The notes under the pieces were generated by a model. The model did no database searches and had not been told where the DNA came from. It worked only from the letters and a program-made list of their open reading frames with translations. DNA of 64,000 nt from Octopus vulgaris (Eukaryota). The stretch covers positions 33,666,001-33,730,000 of the forward strand of contig OX597828.1 in assembly GCA_951406725.2 (NCBI GenBank), read 5' to 3'. Below, piece by piece: positions 56,465-64,000 of this stretch. Position 1 is the first letter of the stretch. Every line of letters starts with the position of its first letter. The position numbers and the translations under genes are program-made.

Positions 56465-56898
56465 TTTACTTTAACGTCTGTTTTTCTTTGCTTGCATGGG
56501 TCAGACGGGAACGTGTTGGAGCAGAGTTATTTATGACCAGAAAACCTTTCTGATGCCAACCCCTACCCGTTTCTTCAAGCAAGGGGTATAAATAATCTCC
56601 CAGTCTATCGAAGAACAAACAATATGGAATTGTTAACGCAAAGAACTAGAAGCACACTACGACATACGACTGAGCCCTTTGCATACGATGATCATGCAAC
56701 GAAGCAAGAAATCCGGACATGCTTTCGCAATGGGCAGCAAGCAAGAGACATATCTAGCGCTATCGACATTGTTTACAATCAGCAAACACACGAGAAGACA
56801 AAGGAAATACGAACACGCGCGCATACACACTTATATACGTATATCTCTGAATACATACGTATAAACAGACGCACACGCACATATACACAATAGGTATA

Positions 56899-57246
56899 CT
56901 CTTTTACTTGTTTCAGTCATTTGACTGCGGCCATGCTGGAGCACCACCTTTAGTCGAGCAAATCGACCCCGGGACTTATTCTTTGTAAGCCCAGTACTTA
57001 TTCTATCGGTCTCTTTTTGCCGAACCGCTAAGTGACGGGGACGTAAACACACCAGCATCGGTTGTCAAGTGATGGTGGGGGGGGGAACAAACACAGACAC
57101 ACAAACATATACACACACATACACATATATATATATACGACAGGCTTCTTTCAGTTTCCGTCTACCAAATCCACTCACAAGGCATTGGTCGGCCCGAGGC
57201 TATAGCAGAAGACACTTGCCCAAGATGCCACGCAGTGGGACTGAAC
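56899..57246 (-). mobile_element. SINE family A, 5'-truncated young copy
   Basis: Near-identical to 35660-36000. Confidence 0.92.
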
Positions 57247-57573
57247 ACAGACATGTATATATAAAAACACATAGATACATACACACATACATATATACAC
57301 ATACGTTCACACGTATGTATGTATGTATGTATGTATGTATATATGTATGTATGTCACATATTTAATGTGTGTTGTTTAAACGCTTTTAGGCTGTGATCTT
57401 TCGTCCAGGGAAAGTTCCTTTAAGGACGCATTATAACTCAAAACCTCATTATACCTCAAAACGTATTGCTCTGGAGAGGAACAAGAACGACACAGAGATA
57501 TTTCGCTGCTGTTTCACTGATAATACATATAGTTACACAACATACATATACATAAATATGGACAGAGAGACAC

Positions 57574-57630
<57 letters not shown>

Positions 57631-58267
57631 TACATACATACATACATACATACATACATACATACATACATACATACATACATACATACATACATACATA
57701 CATACATACATAAAAAGTAAAGGGGCTGGGGTGATGGTCAAGAGTAAAAAGTTTCCGGAAATGTTAGAATTAAATAAATACTACAGAATGAAATGAGACA
57801 CAAATTAAATTAAGTTGAATTAAATTATATTAATTTTTTAGAAAAAACATGGAAAACACACAAACATTGTTACAGATCTTAGTTTTGAAAACAAAAGTAT
57901 ATATACGACAATATTAAATAATATAAATTTATTATATAATCATATAATAATAGTCCACTTCTCTGGAAATTTTTTACCATCATAGAAGTACGTTTTTTTC
58001 TCATACTTGCTCATATCTTCTTGTTTTTCTCTTTTTTGTTTTATTTCATTTTTTGTTGCTTTACCCCCATCCATTTTTTTTGTTGTTTCATTTGGCAGAG
58101 AAATTCAGAAATTTGAAAGAGATTTTATGTTGTTCTTTTATTGTTGTGGGTTTTTTTTCCGTCTTCTTTAAATTGATTTCTAGATGTTTTGCTTTTTCCC
58201 CCAAAAGTTATAGTTTTCATTTTTACTTTTAAGAGAACAAGTTTGAAAGAGTAACGGATGAAACACA

Positions 58268-58686
58268 TCAATAATTGCACCAGTCCTCTGCAATCCAGCT
58301 AATAAGAAACGCGTGGCGTTTATACATGTCATCGGGAAGTTTGCCGCTTTCCAAGTAAGGCACAGAGGACCTTTTCAGCTGCTCCAGAAAGTTTCTAAAA
58401 GGGTCCACGAAACCTCGGCCAACGGTGATGATGCCTCGCTGGTCTCTTGATGACTGAGCACTCCGCGGAATTCCAACTGTCGATGCTGGTGTACATACCT
58501 CCATCATGCCAGTGTCTACCTGTAAAGGTTGGATTGCTTTGATGTAGAATTCGCTAGTTCCATGACACTGGAGGATAGCAAGAGGCACCATGGTTAGCGC
58601 TTCGGCCACGACAATAATCCCAAGTGTCGTTCCAACATATAGGTGGCCTGTAATGACATTCATAGCTGTGACTAGGCAGGTTTTCT
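58268..58686 (-). CDS. LRRK1: Last coding exon of an LRRK (leucine-rich repeat kinase 1-like) gene, C-terminal WD40 end
   Basis: Strong acceptor cttttttctttttcttttccag, phase 1. The open frame KTCLVTAMNVITGHLYVGTTLGIIVVAEALTMVPLAILQCH...IITVGRGF...AFLISWIAEDWCNY ends in TGA. It matches the remembered invertebrate Lrrk ending (LYIGTTWGCIVVAE..LRP..TVGRGY..LLWRAEHW). The exon itself is more certain than the gene name. Confidence 0.7.
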
Positions 58687-58742
58687 CTGGAAAAGAAAAA
58701 GAAAAAAAGTGTATGAAAGACTAGTATATATAACTAGACACA

Positions 58743-58900
58743 AGCATGGCTGTGTGGTTAAGAAGCTAGCTTTGCAATTACAGAGTTTTGAGTTCAGTCC
58801 CACTGCACGGCACCTTGGGCAAGTGTCTTCTATATGCCTTGTGTTGAGGAATGCATTATGAGTAAATTTGGTAGATGGAAACTGCGTGGGAGTCCATTGT
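58743..58900 (+). mobile_element. SINE family A head fragment
   Basis: tggctgtgtggttaag..gagttcagtcccactgcacggcaccttgggcaagtg. Confidence 0.8.
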
Positions 58901-59086
58901 GTGAATGTGCATGTTTGCATGCATGTGTGAATTTATGTATACAGTATACGGGTTAATAAAAGTTTATCGCTTTGGAGACACGGGTCTCCAAAGCAAAAAT
59001 CTATTAGTAGATCATATCTTTATACTGTGTATGCGAAATGATATTTATCTCTCACTGATGAGATTCAGAACAGTAAACTATATATA

Positions 59087-59183
59087 CAGGGTTGGCCAAA
59101 CCTCACCTGAGAGTAAATCAAAACCATTTAATTCCAGGATTAAAAGGAAAAATTTACTACCGGGTGACTTTTGGCCAAATCTA
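59087..59183. mobile_element. ~100-bp Tc1/mariner-type MITE
   Basis: TA-CAGGGTTGGCCAAAcctCACC ... GGTGactTTTGGCCAAatcta imperfect TIRs. Confidence 0.6.
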
Positions 59184-59187
59184 TCTA

Positions 59188-59218
<31 letters not shown>

Positions 59219-59220
<2 letters not shown>

Positions 59221-59623
59221 TCTTTTACTCTTTTACTTGTTTCAGTCATTTGACTGCAGCCATGCAGGAGCACCACCTTTAGTCGAGCAAATCGCCCCCG
59301 GGACTTATTCTTTGGAAGCCCAGTACTAATTCTATCGGTCTCTGTTGCCGAACCGCTAAGTGACGGGGACGTAAATACACCAGCATCGGTTGTCAAGCAA
59401 TGCTAGGGGGACAAACACAGACACACAAACATATACACACACATACATATATATATATATACATATATACGACAGGCTTCTTTCAGTTTCCGTCTACCAA
59501 ATCCACTCACAAGGCATTGGTCGGCCCGAGGCTATAGCAGAAGACACTTGCCCAAGATGCCACGCAGTGGGACTGAACCCAGAACCATGTGGTTGGTAAG
59601 CAAGCTACTTACCACACAGCCAC
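59219..59623 (-). mobile_element. SINE family A, near full length
   Basis: Reverse complement of 6210-6613. Confidence 0.92.
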
Positions 59624-60170
59624 TATATATATATGTATGCATGTATGTATGTATGTATGTATGTATGTATATATGTATGCATGTATGTATATATGTATGC
59701 ATATATAATACATACATACATACATATGTAGTTTTGTAAATCAAATTAACATTATAAGTTTCTTTTCTCCTTCCCACAAAGATGAAACATAAAATCAACC
59801 TTGATGGGATTTGAACTCAGAAAGTAAAGTTACATAACTAAATACTGAAGGACGAGGCAGTGAAATATAATGAGAGTTACAGAAGGGAAAGAGAGAGACA
59901 AAGAGCAAAACAGAGACAGAAATTGGTTGGTTAAGTGGGCCTGTAATGTGCAGGTAACAAGTCCTGAAGGGCAGGGACCTTTATAATACCAGTAGAAGAG
60001 ATGAGAGGAAACTGCCCACTTCTGAACCTGTTATTACAGCATCATGTTGGTCACTCAATCTTTGTCATTCAGTCAATCAGTCTTATAGATGTTGTTGTTG
60101 TTGTTGTTATTTATTCCCAGAACCACAATGATTGAGTAGACCTATGATCGGATGCATTCCAGCTGTAACC

Positions 60171-60400
60171 TATTTCTTTATTACCCACAAGGGGCTAAAC
60201 ATAGAAGGGACAAACAAGGACAGACATAGGTATTAAGTCGATTACATCGACCCAGTGTGTAACTGGTACTTAATTTATCGACCCCGAAAGGATGAAAGGC
60301 AAAGTCGACCTTGGCGGAATTTGAACTCAGAACGTAAAGACAGACGAAATACCACTAGGCGTTTCGCCCGGCCTGCTAACGTTTCTGCCAGCTCGCCGCC
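60171..60400 (-). mobile_element. SINE family B, full length with TSD GCTGTAACC
   Basis: Reverse complement of 36683-36910. Direct repeats lie at 60162-60170 and 60403-60411. Confidence 0.9.
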
Positions 60401-60869
60401 TTGCTGTAACCATTCCAGCTGTAACCATTCCATTTCTTTCCCCCACTTGCATAGAACCTAGGATCACATTATCCCACATAACCTATTTTCCTATTTTCAA
60501 GAATGGTTTGATCTGTCGAAGACTTGGCTGCTAATTCTAGCACATTACAGGTCCCTTCATTAGCTCATGCATATGTGTGTGTGTGGTCTAAGGTGTTAAT
60601 GTGTGTGGTCTAAGCTGTTAATGTGTGAAAAGAATATTACACTTCTTGTCAGTGTCCAATACGTACTTATAATAACAATTAGGACATTTAATGGATTATT
60701 TTGATTAGACATAAAGACATTTTTAAAAAAAAAACATTTCTTTGATCCTGAAAAATACAGCTAAAATAAATTATGTGAACCTCAATATTCTATAAAGGTG
60801 GCTCTATATGGGCAGCTCGAAATAGCTGCCAAACCTCCCTCAAATTGCTCTCTACTATTAGTACTACTA

Positions 60870-60913
<44 letters not shown>

Positions 60914-60915
<2 letters not shown>

Positions 60916-61240
60916 GCACGTAAAAAGCACCATCCGAATCGTGGCTGAAGCCAGTGCCGCCTCAACTGGCTTCCGTGCAGGTGGCACGTAAAATGCACCA
61001 ATCCGACCGTGGCCGATGCCGGCCTCGCCTGGCACCAGTGCAGGTGGCACGTAAAAAGCACCCACTACACTCACGGAGTGGTTGGCGATAGGAAGGGCAT
61101 CCAGCTGTAGAAACATTGCCAGATAAGACCGGAGCCTGGTGCAGCCTTCTGGCTTCCCAGATCCCCGGTCGAACCGTCCAACCCATGCTAGCATGGAGAA
61201 CGGACGTTAAACGATGATGATGATGATGATGATGATGATA
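60914..61240 (+). mobile_element. Retroposon 3' end with three internal ~62-67-bp repeats and a (GAT)n tail
   Basis: TGGCACGTAAAA occurs three times. The end ccaacccatgctagcatggagaacggacgttaaacgatgat is homologous to 63815-63990. Confidence 0.75.
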
Positions 61241-61267
61241 ATAATAATAATGATGATAATAATAATG

Positions 61268-61313
<46 letters not shown>

Positions 61314-62751
61314 TAATAATAAAACAATGCTGGATGATTGTAATTGAATGATAATCAAAGCTGAAATATCTTTGATCATAGGTTTGTTCACTCAACTCAA
61401 GGTGGACTTGGACGTGGAGAACTAAAGCAATACTGTCACCAACGGCGAGAACAACAGCAACAACAACAACTAGTATGCAAGTTTTATTTTCATCATCAAT
61501 ATTTTATTTTATTTTATTTTATTTTTTTCCTATTTTTTATTAATCAACTCAATGCAGATAAAAATGTAGAATTAATCCCGGTGAGATCTGAACACAGAGA
61601 AATAAAAAACAGTATTATGGTCTTTCTGCTTTATTTATCATCATCATCTTAGGATGATCTTTTGATTATTCTGTATTTTCCTTTTTACTTTAATCCTCTC
61701 ACCAATTCCTATAAACCCTTTTCCTTGCATTTTTAGGGGTTTCTTTTTTTTTCTTTCTTTCTCTTGTGGGGCTATAAAATCTGTATAATATGCATGAGTG
61801 ACCCTCGAAAATAGCATTAATTTTTATTTTCTCTATTTTTCTTTTTCCAAATGTGAAACAAGGAGAAGGCGGGGGAGGTGTGTGTGTGTGTGTGTGTGTG
61901 GGGGGTAATTACTGAATTATTGAATTTTTATTATTATTGTTATTTACAATAAATACACTCTGGCCTTGTGAAGGACATAAGGTTCATTAGCAGCTCATTT
62001 CTCTTCAGGGATGATCAAAACTGAAATAACCAATTACTTTTCCAAGTTTTTCAAGGGGGATGTTTTTTTTTTTTGTTGTAGTTGTTGCTGCTGCTGTTGT
62101 TGTTGTTTTTGCTTGATTTATCTTCTTTTGTTTTGTTTTGTTTTGTTTGATTGTTTGTTTTTGTTTTTCTCAGTTCAATTTCCAAAGGAGGAATATTTCT
62201 ATTATGAATTACAATTTCCATTATTTTAATTTAATGAAAATTTAAAAATTTATAGAATTGTTTGTAAATTATTTCTCTTGTTGCTGCTGTTGTTGTTGTT
62301 GTCAATTTCATTTATGAAGTAAAAAAAAAAAATTCTTTTTAAAAGGATTCCTACAGTCCTAAGCAGTGAAGTACTGTTCAATGGATACAAGTTTGCTTTC
62401 TCCTTTTTTTTTTTACTATTTGTATTTATTTTTTTCCTCTTCTTCTCAACGTTAAAAAAAAAATATATATATAAAAATCAGAAAAAAAAAACAGACCCAA
62501 AAGAACAATACTCCCCCCCACGCACACACACACACACACACATATACACACAACCTTTGAAATGAAATATGATAACCTTTTCTCCTTCTCTGATATTTTT
62601 CAACTCCTTTTTGAAAATTAAATAAAAATGAATTTCAGAGAGAGAAAATGATAATAATTATGATGATGATGATGATGATGATAATAATAATGGTTTTGAA
62701 TTTTGCTACAAGAGCAGCAATTTTTGTGGGGAGGGAATGAGTGAGTCACAT

Positions 62752-63065
62752 TTAGCACCTCAGACTATCATCTCTTCAGCCCCATGAAAGAGGGTCTGAG
62801 AGGCAAACATTATTCCAGTGATGAGGAAGTAAAAACTGTAGTGAAGAAGCGGCTAAAAGAAGAGTCAACAGAATTTTACGGGGCAGGGGTACATGCTTTC
62901 ATTCGAAGGTGGAACATTGTTACTGAGAGAAATGGTGACTATGTTGAGAAGTAGGGATGTGATCCACAGAGGACTAGTTTCATTTTGCTGTATGATACAC
63001 GTTCCTGTGTTGGTAATTATACCTGTTCTAAATTAAATGGCATTACTTTTTGATTCACCCTCGTA
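62752..63065 (+). mobile_element. Mariner 3' fragment with TIR
   Basis: LAPSDYHLFSPMKEGLRGKHYSSDEEVK..IRRWNIVTERNGDYVEK*, ending actttttgattcaccctcg-TA. Confidence 0.92.
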
Positions 63066-63074
63066 TATATATTT

Positions 63075-63267
63075 GTGTGTGTGTCTGTGCTTGTCACCTC
63101 ACCATCACTTGGTATGTTTACGTCCTTGTAACTTAGTGTTCAGCAGAAAAGACCAATAGAATAACTACTAGGCTTACAAAGAATAAGCCCTGGGATCGAT
63201 TTGTTTGGCTAAAGGCGGTACTCCAGCATGGCCGCAGTCAAATGACTGAAGCAAGTAAATGAATAAA
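63075..63267 (+). mobile_element. SINE family A 3' half
   Basis: Homology to 6410-6605. Confidence 0.8.
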
Positions 63268-63419
63268 CAAGATGTGTGTGTGTGTGTGCGTGTGTGAGTG
63301 AGTGTGTGTGACCTATATAGTATATTTATAAACAAGTTTGATATAGCTTTTTCTCCATAGACTGAAAAAGTGATGAACAATATTCAATGATTTTCAAATC
63401 TAATTGGGTTCTCATTAGA

Positions 63420-63735
63420 GAAATAACCTCTCGAAAGAGCTGTTCTTCACTCCTGCTCCAGAGCGTCAGCTGCGGGGTCATTCCGAAAAGCTCTACCTGC
63501 GACGATTTCATCTCAATCGAACGAGAGGGGCTTTCTCTGGCCAGGTTGCGGATCTGTGGAATAAGCTGCCGGACGAGATGGTGAAGATGCCGACGACCGC
63601 TTGGTTCAAAGTCTCCCTTGACCACAAGTGGCCTGAACTCTTTACATAAACACCACCCTGTACATAACTCCATGTCCCCCTACATGGCCTTGCTTTTTGC
63701 TTTTTGAGCCAAAGATTAACTAAACTAAACTAAGC
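63420..63735 (+). mobile_element. CR1-like LINE 3' end
   Basis: LRGHSEKLYLRRFHLNRTRGAFSGQVADLWNKLPDEMVKMPTTAWFKVSLD, followed by a (CTAAA)n tail. Confidence 0.85.
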
Positions 63736-64000
63736 AGTCAAACTGTTTATAAACTCAACAATTTCAGCAGCTGCAGGAAACTGAAGCTTCTAATTTGCAT
63801 ATCCCAGTGTCACACAAATGGCACTCTCAGAGTGGTTGGCATTAGGAAGGGCATCCAGCCGTAAAAAACCATGCCAAATCAGACTGGAATCTGGTGAAGC
63901 CTTCCAGCTTGCCAGCCCTGGTCAAACTGTCCAACCCATGCCAGCATGGACAATGGACGATGACAATGATGGTGATGATGATGATGATGATCAAGTATCA

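Noticed and set aside
63326-63673. Minus-strand ORF as an upstream LRRK exon
   Set aside because: It is the antisense of a CR1-like LINE 3' end.

Overview
Repeat-dominated eukaryotic genomic DNA. The tRNA-derived SINE families, dense (TA)n/(CA)n/(GATA)n/(AAT)n microsatellites and LINE content point to a coleoid cephalopod, most likely Octopus. This was recognised from memory and not searched. Only one convincing host coding exon is present: the last exon of an LRRK-like kinase gene (minus strand, 58268-58686). A plausible signal-peptide first exon lies at ~5772-5916 (minus). The rest is transposon debris: CR1/L2-, RTE-, Tx1-, R4/Dong- and Penelope-like retroelements, mariner and hAT relics, and more than 20 SINE copies. 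Notable structures: (1) Tx1-clade copies inserted inside (GATA)n tracts; (2) a head-to-head palindromic array of 32-bp repeats inside ~11-bp-phased A/T-tract DNA; (3) a ~1-kb inverted duplication that splits a Tx1 copy; (4) several minimal hammerhead-ribozyme-like motifs tied to Penelope-like relics, one of them next to a tRNA-like sequence; (5) a minisatellite of overlapping kB/STAT/ETS-like motifs. Almost all supplied ORFs are microsatellite artefacts. Boundaries were read by eye and are approximate.
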